Translations under genes and position numbers: made by a program
In this document: positions 12,200 to 24,536 of the stretch, piece after piece
Numbering within the stretch: the stretch's first letter is position 1
Layout of the letters: each line of letters starts with the position of its first letter
Assembly: GCF_018350175.1 (NCBI RefSeq)
Contig: NC_058368.1
Coordinates: 118,794,001 to 118,858,000 of the forward strand
Source of the DNA: Felis catus
Taxonomy: Eukaryota
Length of the DNA stretch: 64,000 nucleotides
Direction: 5' to 3'
Notes under the pieces: model-generated
What the model was told of the DNA's origin: nothing
The model's database searches: none
Seen by the model: the letters and a program-made list of their open reading frames with translations, nothing else

Positions 12200-12830
12200 T
12201 TTTTTTTTCAAACAACTGTATTGAGATATCCACATACCATATAATTTACCCCTTTAAAATGTGCAATTCCATGGTTTTTTAGTAGATTCAGAGTTGTGCA
12301 GCCATCACTACCATCTAATTCCAGAGTATCTTCATTGCCCCGAAAAGAAACCCTGTGCCCTTCAGCAGTCATGCTCCACATACGCCGTGACCTGCCCCTT
12401 TCAGCGCAAGGAACCCCTCATCTCCTTTCTGTCATTATTTATTTGCCTGCTCTGGATATTTCATGTAAACCGAATTATACAGCATGTGGGGTTTTTGTCA
12501 GTGGCTGCTTTCACTCAGCATAGTATTTTCAAGGCTCATCCCTGTTGTATGTAGCATGCGTCAGGACTTCCTTCCATTTCACTGCTGAGTAATCTTCTCT
12601 CCTGTGGTATAACACGTTTTATTTATCCATTTGTCAGTTGATAGCATTTCGATTGTTTCTACTCTTTGGCTCTTAGGAGTAATGCGGCTGTAAACATTTG
12701 TGTACTGATCTTTGTGAGGACCTGTGTTTGCTGTTCTCTTGTTGATAGACCTAGGTGGGGGAGGGACCCCCTAGATCGCACAGTTTAATAGCTTCAGGAG
12801 CTGCCAGAGGGATTGTACCATGTCACCTTG
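12200..12830 (-). mobile_element. Old L1M 3' end fragment
   Basis: ttgagatatcccacataccatataatttacccctttaaaatgtgcaattc...ttcactcagcatagtattttcaaggctcatcc, typical antisense L1MB/ME 3' end. Confidence 0.8.
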
Positions 12831-13729
12831 GCACCTGTCTCCATCTGACAACATGTGAATCCTCTGTTTAGATTGGTTTGGCTAGTGATATTTATCATGC
12901 CCGATTTTTAGAAAACACTGCATATACCCCATTATCCCCCTCCCTTTACCTGGGCATTAGGGGAGAAAAAACGGTTAGCACGTTAGGCAGAGATCACTTC
13001 CCTTGTTCTATCTCCTGCTAGTTTCTTGGTGGAGACTTCAGGTAAGAGCCATTTAAGTTGGATGTTCTGTAGCTGTCGGATTGAATCATCAGACCAATTG
13101 GAAGGAAGTTTCCTAATGACAGGCTTAGGGAGTTGTGTGTGTGTTGTCTTTCTCAGCATCAAGAAGAAGGGATGAGGAGGAAGAAGAAGGAGGGGCACCC
13201 TGAGGGGAAAGTCTGTTGTTTCATAATGATTAATCTCCAAGCCTTTGGGTTCCAGGGGCCTGTGCTGCAAATGTGAGCTGTGCTGTTCAGTCGGCTTTGG
13301 GACTTTGTGCAGTGGGGAATGGATGTGCATTACTCGGAAATAACTCCACTGTCAGCCCTTGCCAGCCTACTAGGAAATAGCATTTTTCACCAAGAGCACC
13401 TCAGTTAGTAACGAAAGAGAAAGAGAAATAACTCGTGTTCCCAAGAACATTAGTCATTTTATGGCAGTGTGATTAGCGATACCTGGAAAATGCACACGGC
13501 ATTCACTAAAATTGGGTTCTTGGGACAATTTGATCAAGACTTGAGATGGGCTGGATCCATTCATTGCCAAAGTATGGGATCCAGCATGAGTGCAAGACCC
13601 ACTCTGGGCTGCCCCAGGTTTCCTTCAGAGACAGAGAGCATCCTCCCAGGGGATCATGGGTTGCTCTACCAGTGGGGTTGTGGGGGAGGGTCCTCAGTGG
13701 AGTCTTTTGGACCCCCCGGCTGTGCCTAC

Positions 13730-14515
13730 TGCCAAATCCAAACACAAGCCCAAGCCACCTCCATCTCTCACCCAGCTGTTTCCACCTGCTGCCAACACAG
13801 ACTTGTCATGTCCACTCTTGCCCCCATAACCCTTCCCTACGCAGCAGCCAGAGCGATGTTTGAAAATCGCATCATGTTATTCTCCTTCACCTATCCCAGT
13901 GGCCTCCTGGTCCTCCGAGAATTGCTGATCAGCGTCTCCACGGTCTTGTTCCTGCCCCCTGGCCCTTCCCTTCCTCACTTGATACGCTGCAGCCTCGCAC
14001 ACTTTCCCTATGTTCTCTGCTAGGGTTAGCAAACTATGACCTGCTACTCAAATCCAGCCCACTGCCTGTTTTTGTAAATAAAGTTTTGTTGGAACATAGC
14101 TACCCATGCCTTTTTGTCTACATGTTAGCCATGGTGCTACAATTGCAGAATTGAGTAGAGATACACATTTACAGAGTGGTTCTTTGAGAAAAATTTACAG
14201 ACCACTGTTCTGAAATCATAGCAGGCTTTTCCCGACCTTAGGGCCTTTGTACTTGCATTACCCACTGCCTGGCTAGCTCCTTTAGATCATTTAGGTTTTA
14301 GCTTTTTGAGCTCCTTCCCATACCCACATCCCTATCCCAGTCTCTTTCTCCTCCTTCATCACTACCTAAAATTATGTGCTTATTTACTGATACATTGCCC
14401 CTTTCCGAGAGCAGAATCTTTTCTGCTTGCTTTGTACCGTGTGCAAGGTCCTAGCTTAGTGTCTGGCACAGGGTAGGTGCTTAATAAACACTTGTTACAT
14501 GAGTAAATATATTCA
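13730..14515 (+). mobile_element. L2 fragment interrupted by MER58A-like MITE (~14021-14207)
   Basis: L2 3' end gtgtctggcacagggtaggtgcttaataaacacttgtt; MER58A tagggttagcaaactatgacc...gcctgtttttgtaaataaagttttgttggaaca. Confidence 0.7.
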
Positions 14516-14894
14516 CCTACACAGGGATCTGTGCCTCTTCCAGCCAGTGCTTCTTCCCTTAGGGACAGCCAGCCACTAGAGACCTTAGTCACATGCTTGT
14601 TCCTTTTCCACAGTGAGAAAAGGAAAAGGAGAGAGCATGAGTTGTGTATACAGGGGTGTATGGAGCATAGATGGATGAAGCTGAAAATGCTTGGCAGGAA
14701 GCACATCCACGTCAGGAGCTGCTTGTATTATTTGCTTGCTGGGCTGGAGAGCTGCCGAGCCAGCTCACTGCAGTGCTTCGTGTGTTTATGTAGCACATTG
14801 GACACTGGTGTAGTTCAGAAAGTTGGGCATGGGCTCAGTTCAGCTCAATAAGTGCATACGAACACTGTTAATATCCAAAGCTTTGGGCTAGGCA

Positions 14895-15115
14895 AAAGCA
14901 GTAGTGGTTAGACCACAGAGTCTGGGGTCAGATATCCCGGATTCACATCGATCTCCATCATCTGCCAGCTGTGTATTTAGGGGCAAAATGCTCAACGTCT
15001 CTGAGCCTCAGTTTCTTATCAGTAAAATGAGGATAATAGCAGAACTGAGTCCACAGTCATTCTGAAGGTGAAAGGAGATGAGGCAGGCAAAGCACTTAGC
15101 AAAAGACCCACCACT
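14895..15115 (+). mobile_element. MIR
   Basis: ctctgagcctcagtttcttatcagtaaaatgaggataatagca core, then aaagcacttagc. Confidence 0.75.
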
Positions 15116-15849
15116 TGGGATGTACATATGTATGTGTATGTGTATATGTATCATTCTTATCCCCAAAGACCACATTCTCTGGTTGAATTAGAAGCATAAC
15201 GGGCTTGGTCTCTAGAGTCAAAGAAAATGCGTTCAAATTCTAGTCATACCATTGTGATCCTGCACAAATTAATTTACCTTTTTCTGACCCTTAATTTTCT
15301 CATTTGTGAAATATGGATACTAAGATACAAGCTAGGATCTTTAAGATCAAAGAAATTGACGCATATCCAAAACTCAGCAGCCCATGGCTGCTTCCCAGTC
15401 ACTATTTCTAGGTGTTAGCTTCTATCATAATTGACAGTCAGAGGGGAGTCATTGAAAAATATTGAGTGATACAGTACAGACTAAAACATCCTAAAAAACT
15501 AGTAAAGGAAGCAATGCATAACACATTTGAACAGTGTTAACAGGACCCGTGAATAACGTGTGGAATGTGCTATGAGCATTCCAGGAGTTTGGAGAAAAGA
15601 GGGAACAGGTAGACTGGATTCCGTGCTGGTGTTTCTGAAGGAGGTAGGGCTTCAGCAGGGTTGAGAAGTGGGAGGAGGGGAGACAGAAGACAACAGCAGG
15701 GCAAAGGGCATCTGATGTTGCTTCCCCTCCTCCATCCATAGGTGAGAATTTGCACTTTCTTATGACCACCCTCATTCCAGAGGCATTTGGGCACAGAAAA
15801 GTCATAACCCTTACCTTTCTGTGATTAAGGTAAAAATAACAGATCCCTG

Positions 15850-15975
15850 GGGGCACCTGAGTGCCTCAGTCAGTTAAGTGTTCGACTCTTGATCTCAGCT
15901 CAGGTGTTGATCTCAGGGTCGTGAGTTGGAGCCCTGCATTGGGCATGAAGCCTACTTTAAAAATAAAATAAAATA
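15850..15975 (+). mobile_element. Short CanSINE lacking the CT tract (older SINEC type)
   Basis: ggggcacctgagtgcctcagtcagttaag...gtgagttggagccctgcattgggcatgaagcctact plus A-rich tail; atccctggg repeated on both sides. Confidence 0.8.
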
Positions 15976-17789
15976 CGTATCCCTGGGCCTCACTCCTAGG
16001 GATTCTCTTTTAACAGGTATGCCATGCGGCCCAGTTTTAATAACCGTGCAGGTGATTTGGATGCACATGGTTTGATGCCAGGCCTTAATAAGCCCAGCTC
16101 AAAGCCCCCAGTGAGTCAGCAGTCTGACCAGAAGGCTTCACTGTCCCCAGTCCTAACTCTTGTTCTTCGGCTTGGAGGGGCCTCCTTTGTCCTCTCTCAT
16201 TCATCCCTTACTCGGCAAATCCCATTTTTAATGTTTTTAGTTGTTAGCACCTCAGCACCTCAGCTGCATTTGAACAGCTGGCCAGGAAGGGAGAATGTCT
16301 GAAAGAGAGAGACTCAATGTATCCAGTGGAATAACCATTCAACTAGGAGCTTTGCTGTAAACTGGGAAGGGTCTTATTTTGGTTTTGTTGTATTTGGTTG
16401 GTTGGTTGTTTGGTTGTTCTTTCTAGGTCTTTTATTTTGGGGAGTGAGTTTGTTTGTTTGTTTTGCTTTTGAACATTTGAGGTTTTCCAAAGCTTCAGTG
16501 GGTATTGAGATCAGGCGCTCACCAAGATTTTACCAGGAGAGAGCCTTGTTGACTCATCCAAATGACTGGTCAAATGATACAGGATCTCCTATTGACAAAT
16601 TCTGGCTCTCTGCTGAGTGCTTTCTCCGTATTGGCTCCTGGCACTGGAGTTTTATTATAATCACTTTATAGGTGCAAAGAATTCAAGTGATCTTAATTAA
16701 CATTGTCAGCCGGATGGCTGGGCAGAAGGCAGTGGTGTTCGGGTGCTAGTATCTTCAGGATAAGTTGAGAGAGCTTCTTCGTTGGAGAGACCAGGTTGCT
16801 TTTAAGTTGTGTTGTATTCTCCCATGCTCTTCTCTTCCAGACTCCTCTGTGTGGATGTCATGAATCCAAAATACCCTTAGTATTTTTGGTTTATTCCTGA
16901 AGCCTACTGATAGGAAATTATGTAAGCATTTTGGAGGCCAACTGATAGATGTTTGACCTTGTCTTTTCCTGAAGAAGCATTCAAGATTACCTTGACACTG
17001 ACCTTCCTGAAGCCTCAATGTGTGTTCTTTCGCTGCTTGCCCATTGCTTCCTTTGGTTTCTGTTCTTGCTTCTTTTCCTACAAACTGAAACTAAAGTTAT
17101 GTAGTAGCATTGGGGGCGGAAATGCTTTTCTAAAACAAGCTCAGGAAGTCACTTAATTAGCCTAGGAAGGGAATAGGGGAAAATTCATTCTTTACGAACA
17201 ATCTCAGAAAATTGGAGTTTTCCTAATACATTAAGAGCAAATGCACTGCCTTTCCCATTAAGAGTGATTTGTATTTTGCCGGTTCACAAGCATGAACACC
17301 GTGCCCCTGCCATCTCCAGGTCCCATGATTCCTTCTCTCTTTCTTCCTGCTATTGGACTTTGCAGCCTCAATTGGATTTTATGTAATCTTTACAGTATCA
17401 CAGTAGTCTCCATGAAGATGGATTGTGATAGCACAGAAATGGGGTAGATTTCTTGGATATCGAAAAATCAAAGAGACAGAAACTTTGAAAGTTACAAGAG
17501 AAAGAGAAAGAAGACAGCCTTGAGTCTTGTATGTAGGAGGGAGGAAAATTCTAGAGAACAGGAAAGAAAAATAAGAAAGGGTATGGGCGGAACAGAGAGG
17601 GGGCTATTCAAAGGCTATAGATTGCCCAAAGAAAGGTGGGGAGATTTGTAGGAAGATTAGAATCAGAGGGTAAGGATTTAAGGGAAAGTAAAATGCATAA
17701 TTAGGTTAGTGAAATGCATACGAGATACCTTTAAAAACTAGTTCTTAGCATTCCTCCATGGGCACTCCACTTGGGTCATAGGCATTACT

Positions 17790-17855
17790 GGGTAGATAGA
17801 TGGGTACATGGATGGATGGATAGATGGATGGATGGTTAGATAAATTTATGGATGG
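17790..17855 (+). repeat. Degenerate (GGAT)n/(AGAT)n tetranucleotide repeat
   Basis: Directly visible. Confidence 0.8.
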
Positions 17856-18187
17856 AACACCATAACCGACTTCTAACCTCAAAAGGAAAAATCTGTCACC
17901 TCTTAATAGTTTAAGCCAGCAACTTCAGAAAGTCTACGAAACTCCAAAAATTGTATGCAGAATTTTGAATGGCTGTGTCTATTTCCCTTTTTTTTGTTAT
18001 AGAGAACTTTCAGAATGATCTTTATTGGAACGCTTATGTCCCACAAGAAGTTAAGAACCCCTGGTCTAAACAAGTCCTGGAAACATGTAACATAACAGGC
18101 GACTGCGCTCATTTGTTCTCTCACACGTCCACCACCTCCCCTATCTGTAACGTTTTCTCGCTGTCTCTCTCCCCTCTTCCTGTACAG

Positions 18188-18276
18188 TTCATCCATCTCA
18201 GGAGCCTGGCTGGTTGGAAGGGACTCTGAACGGAAAGACTGGCCTCATCCCTGAGAACTACGTGGAGTTCTTTTAA
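18188..18276 (+). CDS. ARHGAP26: ARHGAP26 terminal coding exon (C-terminal half of SH3 domain, stop TAA)
   Basis: Long pyrimidine tract plus tgtacag| acceptor. Encodes (V)[28 protein letters not shown], with SH3 GW..G and GLIP.NYV motifs. Phase fits the upstream exon. TAA at 18274-18276. Confidence 0.97.
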
Positions 18277-21200
18277 CCGTGGGCCCCAGCAGACCTGCTG
18301 AGCTTTCCATGGTATCCATGACAACCGCTGATTGCAGTGTTGGAGGCCGTTTCTCTTTGCCACTGAGAAATTCAGGGTGACTGACTCGGTTACTACCTGT
18401 CAACGCAAATGTTTCTGTGAACTCTGGAGCACCCATCCCCATGACCGTGGCAGCTGGCATGCGGTGATACTGCAAGGAACAGAAGGAAATCAGCAGTGGA
18501 GACCATTTGATTCTGATAACCGAGAGAACGGCTGACAAAGCCATTCCTCTCCTTTAGCGCCCTAAATAGGGAGGATTCGTTTGTTTCAGCAGTCATCCAA
18601 ACCCCCAACCTTCTGAGAAAGGAAGTAAGAAAGATGTAAGTAGTCCTCAAGAGCATGCAGTGTAGCTTTAAGTCTGGCAGGGCTGGGCATTGGCTCTGAG
18701 ACCCAGGCTGGGCCCATTGCTTCTGTTTACAGTAGACACTCTCTTTACCCCACCTCCAAATACTTGAGGCCCGCAGTGCTACAGGCAGCTGGGTCTGTCT
18801 GTTTGCATGCAGGAGGGAGAGGGGTTATGGCACTGTTTACATAAAATGCAATCTCTCACCATCTCCAGGCAGCCTCGGCCAAGCATCGGCAGAATTCAGC
18901 TCAGTCCCCTCTTGCAAGGGGAACACACACACACCCCACATTCCCCCTCCCAAGCTAGGAACTTCTCTGCCACTGAGGGCTGCCGTCACCTCGTAACCAC
19001 GGCAACCCAACCTACTCTGAAACCAAACCAAAAAAATAACACACTTTTTGCATGATATTTTTTTTTCTCCCTGCTTTATGGTCATTTTTTGAATGGTTTT
19101 CCAACAACCTGAAGCAGAAGGGCAAAGAATTAGAGTGGTCTGCTCGGGGCAGACAGAATGGCAGCTGGGAACTCTTCCCTTTCTGATGAATTTCAGCAGC
19201 ATCAGGATATATTTGGAGCAAACTCTAGTAACCTCTTGAGATTAAATTACATACAGGTTTAATATTTCTGTTCTTCCATGCTTTATAGGGGGCAGTATAC
19301 TGCTTCTCCACAGGTGACATTCTCCCTTTGACTTGTTCCATCATGGTCTCCCGTTCCCGTCCCTTCCCCTGCCCTCGCATGCCTGTAGTCCCTCACTGAC
19401 CAGCCCCGTGGCAGTACCCTGCGCTGCTGAGCACTGGTGCCCTGGTGGCTTTCAGGGGTGATTTCAGGGCTAACCCTGTGGCCTGTAGTTTTAAAGGACA
19501 TATGTGTTCACTGCCACTCAGAAAAGGGAATTGTTTCTCAGGCTTTTGAGACACAAGACTAATAGTATAAGCCATTGTGATTCAGAAGGCATGGAAAGGT
19601 GGCATGGGTACCTTCTGAGAAAGAGAGTTTCCTGGTCCAGAAGGGGCCGGGTCTTCTGGAAGATTACCTGGGGTGGGAAAGTTGGGCCTGGACATTTCAC
19701 ATTCACTTGGCCTTCAAAGAACAGAGTTCTCAGTGTCTCCTGCATTCGAATGTCCTTGCAAGAGTGACTCTGGGCAGACAGACTCCAAATTGATGGACCG
19801 TCAGGCTCCCCAGGAGCCCCTTGGAATGGCAGCATTGTTCCAGAGTGCTCCCCGCTTCTGGAATTCCTGTTTAGGGAAGCTTAAAGAAGAGAAAAACTTG
19901 AATTGTGTTGAATTACTGTATCTTTTACTTTTTTTTTTTTTTTAAAGATAAACTTGTAAATAGAGTGATTTGAAATATTATATGGCAAAGTTTTATATTT
20001 GATACTCTTGAAGCTAGTCGCTGTCGCTCCACACGTTTAAGCTCTGGTTGTTGAAGAGGTGTGTGTATGAGGGAGCGACCGGGGGCAAGTCATCCCTTCT
20101 CTGGCCTTGAGAAAGGAGAAAACATTTCTATACACTCTCTGCTGGCTCTGGTTGGTGGGCGTGACTCACTGATGGTGTTCAGTCTTCTTTATGCAAATGT
20201 GTTTTTGAGCTTTTCTTGGGCTTTGAATTTGGAGAGAGAAAGAGCATTTTCAGGCAATGAATGTTTCAAAGAACTCTTGCTGGGTAGTATGAAGCAGCTC
20301 AGGATTCACATAGGTGGGGCTAGGAGTTAGATTTTGTTTTCCATGTTTCTTCTCAGGTGTATTTCTTGGTACCCCAAGGTGTCAGGACAGAAGGTGTTGG
20401 GATAGTTGCATGTTCCTTATATCTAACTCCTCGGAACATCTTTAAGGCTGTATACATGAGGCCGAGCTATTTTGTAAATGTTGTGTGTGTCTTAAGTTCT
20501 AGGAAAAACTGGCTTCTTAGGATCTTTGGTCCTCAGTACACTGCTGCTTTCCCTTCCCCTAAATACTTCCCTTCCTGTTCATCTCACATTTCCTGTAACC
20601 CCAAAATAAGAGAAAAACTCTACAGAGGGATAGAGGTTGCCGTGACAGCTTTAGAGATGGTTTGAAATTTTAGATATGGTGATTCCGTTCATCAGCTCAA
20701 GGATTTACACAGCGGTGGTGCAGGACCTCATCCAGCAGCAAGCAAAACGCTACCACTGAATCAGGGAATAAGCACTGAGACTGGATAAGACCAAGAGAGG
20801 ACTCGGGAAAGCTCTCACTGCAAACCCAAGAAGAAAGAGAATACACAAACCGCCTCCACATACTCCCTTCAGACCTTGAACAGCTCAAGGGTCTGTTCAG
20901 CGGGGCCTGAGGGGACAAGCCTACTCTGTGCCACTGTGCATCCTAAATAGAAAGAGCTCAAAATATTGTTGTTAACACATTTGTCGTTTCGAATTGTCAC
21001 CTGCCACACTGGAACCTTAACTAGAGCTAACCTAGGGGAGCAGAAGGCCCAGGCCCTGATTTGAGGAGCTCCTCGCTAAAGCATCACTGTCGACACTTGG
21101 CCCCAGCTTGACTGCTCGGAAGCTTGTCCCTCCCTCCTCAATTGGCCCTGATCTGAAGCTGGAGGGAAATGGAGCTGTTGCCAACCTGCATTTTTCGGTA

Positions 21201-23735
21201 GACCCCTTCCCAGCTTCCCTGTAGCCATGCTGGGCATGTGACAGATGGCTGCTCTCCTTCCTTTCCCCAGCCAGGCTCACCTCCTCCCCATTTGCTACAG
21301 AACTGGAGAAACCTTTCAGAATATGAGCCAACAAATAGGGAAGGAATTGGAAGACCAAAAATAGATTTTACCTTCTCTGTCATCTCTGCCCCCCGGCCCC
21401 TAATTCTGCTGAATAGGGAACTTGAGGGCAGATGAGAAGAATGAACTAGGTACCGGAGTGGAGGACTATGGACCAAGATCCCCGATCTCTCCGAGGAACC
21501 TTGTGTTTCTTTTGTAAGGCCCTGGGATGAGGCATCCAGAGCCTGAATCTTTTCTTGGGCATATAAGCAGTCTGTCCCTCCTCCTTTGGGTACTCAAGGA
21601 ATTCCATGGCTGCAGAAGGCCATGCTGTGAAAGAAGTAGTTTCAAATCCCTGCCCCTAAGCGAGTAAATTCTTGACTTGCTCAAGATTGATGATATTCTC
21701 TTCTGTTTTCAAAAATCAGTGTATAGAGATGGACCCTGCATAGCACAGCCTTCCTTAATATCCTATAATTAGAGCCAGTTTTTCAGTTAATGTTTGAGTA
21801 TTTCTACAGCCATTATGTGTTTACCTCTGCCAGACCAAACAAATTCAGTGTAATTCTAGTTCATCTCCTTTTGCTGAGTGCTCTTTTGGATGGAGAGGCA
21901 AAGAGAAAGAAAATAAGCCATCAAGTATTGGCAGATTGGCGTTAGCAGGACAGAGCCATGCTAGTGACAAGATCATTTCAGGCATTTCCAGGACTCCAGG
22001 GTTGCACGTGCATTCCTGTAGCTCAGAGGGAAATCCTTCTATGACCTAGGTCTCCTGACAACAGCAACTCCAGTCACTCCAGAAGTTCCATCTTGACTAC
22101 AGAGACTGCCAAAGCACCCATGGTTGAAGGGTAGGGAGACAGAAATAATTGGCTAAAGGTAATTTGATCCCTTATTCGTGACTATTTACTGGCACCTTTC
22201 ATTCTCTGGCTTCTGTTGCCAAAACCAAGTTGGGACCAACAGTTTTACAGACACAGGAGTCCCAGGTACAGCAGTGGCCACCATGGTACCCACAGCATGT
22301 TGCAGTGCAGAATGTTTGATGAGCAACCGTATTACCCAAGTAGGTAGCCACCACTGAAGAAACCAAATAGCTACCTGACTTAAAAAGGAATGTCCTGGGT
22401 ATTCTGTTCCGAGTTATCTGTCATTTTCTGGCAAACTTGATGGTAATCAGTTACCTAGACAACCCTGCCCCACATGTCTCTTAAGTCAACTGGGTGTCCT
22501 CTGACACACCCTTTGCTGGTGTTTAAAAAATGTATCCTGTGTTCAAATGCGTTTGGCAGCCACGCTGATCTGCTGGATGCTGAACCACTTCTCTGTAATT
22601 GTAGCATCAAAATGACACCAGCAGAGCAATGAACCTTGCACAGTCCTACAGCATGCCTGAGACAAGACTCCGACAAGTAATAATTAGCTTTTTTCCTTTC
22701 GCCGCCTACGGTCCTTGTGTAACTGAAGAACTTCTCACAGCACAGGGAGAGACCATGTAGAGAATCCAGATGTCCTTCAGAGCCACCAGCCCTTGCTCAC
22801 ATGTGGTCTCCCGATGGAAGCACTTGTATTCTTGGGTGAAAAGGTATTGGATGTGAAGTAGTGCTGGGAGCAGACAGAAAGTAAAAGGTGAACCACGTTG
22901 AAGATCTTAGGATTTTTTTTACAAGAAAAAATTATAGTTCTTAATAGGGAAAAATACATCACAGAGGAAGTTTGCAGCTAATAGTTTTGTAAAAGTTTTC
23001 CAGGACACTACAAGACGGAAACGTCTTTCAAGAAGGTGGAATACTGTAGGGAGCAAAGGCTTGGCACAGTCCCAGTCCCATATAAGAAGAGCAGTTAGTA
23101 GTATATGAAAATTCTCTTGAGCGTAGTCAGAACCAGAGTATTGATAATCAAAATGTCAAATTTACCTGGAGCGGTCCCGGAGAGGTCAAGACATTGTACA
23201 TCCCTTTCTACAAAATTGTCCTGACAGACACCTACAGACAGCTACCTTGGGTATCCGGAAGCCAGGGTCAACCTTATACCTGTGAAAAGAAGTTCCTCTG
23301 TTGATTCTAAAGCATCTGCGTATTAGTATGTGTTTGTGTATGTAAAGCACACATCTACATAGGCAAAGATCCAGACTCTTCCATAAGCCGGCATTTGCTG
23401 AGCCTTTGGAGCCTTTAAGAGTTAGAAGTTGGGAGTTAGAGAAACGGCAGGCTGTTGACTATAAAAATGACAAAAGATGTAAATTAAGTGCCATTTTAAA
23501 ACTTCGTATTTATCAAATGGTTACTATCTACAGCTATATCCCTTATTCACTTATTAAAAGTCGTGTTGAAAACCAGATCAAACTCCTAAACCTGTAGTCG
23601 CTAATACTAGGCTAGCGCTCACAAGCACTCTCAAAGACATTTTGTCCATATTTTGAAGAAGAAACTGTTTGCATGTTTAACTCATAATTTAGGCTACCTT
23701 TGAGTATACTGCAAAGTGCTGTGTGATATAATATC

Positions 23736-23741
23736 AATAAA
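23736..23741 (+). terminator. Candidate polyadenylation signal AATAAA
   Basis: atatcAATAAAgtact in an AU-rich block, with a T-rich run (taaattttttt) about 20-30 nt downstream. Confidence 0.5.
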
Positions 23742-24061
23742 GTACTTAAAAGTGGCACTTTAAATTTTTTTAAACCGTAAATAATGCACTGTTTTAAACT
23801 TCAGTATTGAATATTGACTGCTGTGTAAAATCCAATTCTGTCATTAAAAAGTAATTTGTGACTAGACTAGAACTTGTTCCCTGTCATTAGTAATAATAGT
23901 CTTGCCATGTTGAGGCTTTTTGAAAAATGTGCTTTTGCGTCACTAAGGCTATCTATAAAGACAATACGGTTCCTGTCGAGTGGCCTCTGAAACTTGGCTT
24001 TCTTTCATTTGCTTGGTTTATGTGACAATCCTTATGAAACGAGTGGAAGTATGATTTTTGA

Positions 24062-24067
24062 ATTAAA
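24062..24067 (+). terminator. Candidate distal polyadenylation signal ATTAAA
   Basis: gaATTAAAtgac followed 20-30 nt later by GT/T-rich tttgtttctg. A further ATTAAA lies at 23843-23848. Confidence 0.5.
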
Positions 24068-24344
24068 TGACTTTTCCATTTGGTGGCACGTTTGTTTCTG
24101 GAGTTTCTCATAAAGTTTTGGCATGATACGTATTTTCGTGTTTCTTCAAGTAAGAGTGTGAAGACCTGCTCACAGGTCCCAGGTCTGAGCTCCTGCGGTT
24201 TACTGGTAATAACTACAGTGCTGATTTTTGACCTGCTTTGGGGAGCTCTATTTCCTTTAGGAAAGGTCTAATGCTAGTGAACTTGAGGAGGAACTCTTAA
24301 GCATGTTGAACAAATTAAGCCCCAACAAGTCATCTTCCACTTAA

Positions 24345-24536
24345 CATTTTTTTAATTTTTATTTATTTATTTTGAGAGAGAGAGCCCAAGCAAGGGAGGG
24401 GCAGAGAGAGGAAGAGAAAGGGAGTCCCATGCCGGCTCTGCACTGCCTGTGCGGAGCCCGACGCGGGGCTCGAACTCACCAACCTGAGCCGAAACCAAGA
24501 GCCGGACGCTTAACAACTGAGCCACCCAGGTACCCC
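24345..24536 (-). mobile_element. CanSINE with small internal deletion
   Basis: Antisense CanSINE; TSD TCCACTTAA at 24336-24344 and 24537-24545. Confidence 0.92.

Larger units (their letters stand above)
18277..24090 (+). other. ARHGAP26: ARHGAP26 long 3'UTR (end approximate)
   Basis: Follows the stop codon; no recognisable SINE over ~5.8 kb; AU-rich blocks near 19.9-20.0 kb and 23.6-24.1 kb; ends near poly(A) hexamers. Human ARHGAP26 also has a multi-kb 3'UTR. Confidence 0.7.

Noticed and set aside
13469..14023. 184-aa + strand ORF
   Set aside because: Non-ATG start, overlaps a decayed L2 element, and shows no protein family resemblance.
15850..15950. tRNA-like A/B-box sequences
   Set aside because: These are heads of tRNA-derived CanSINEs with A-tails and TSDs, not tRNA genes.
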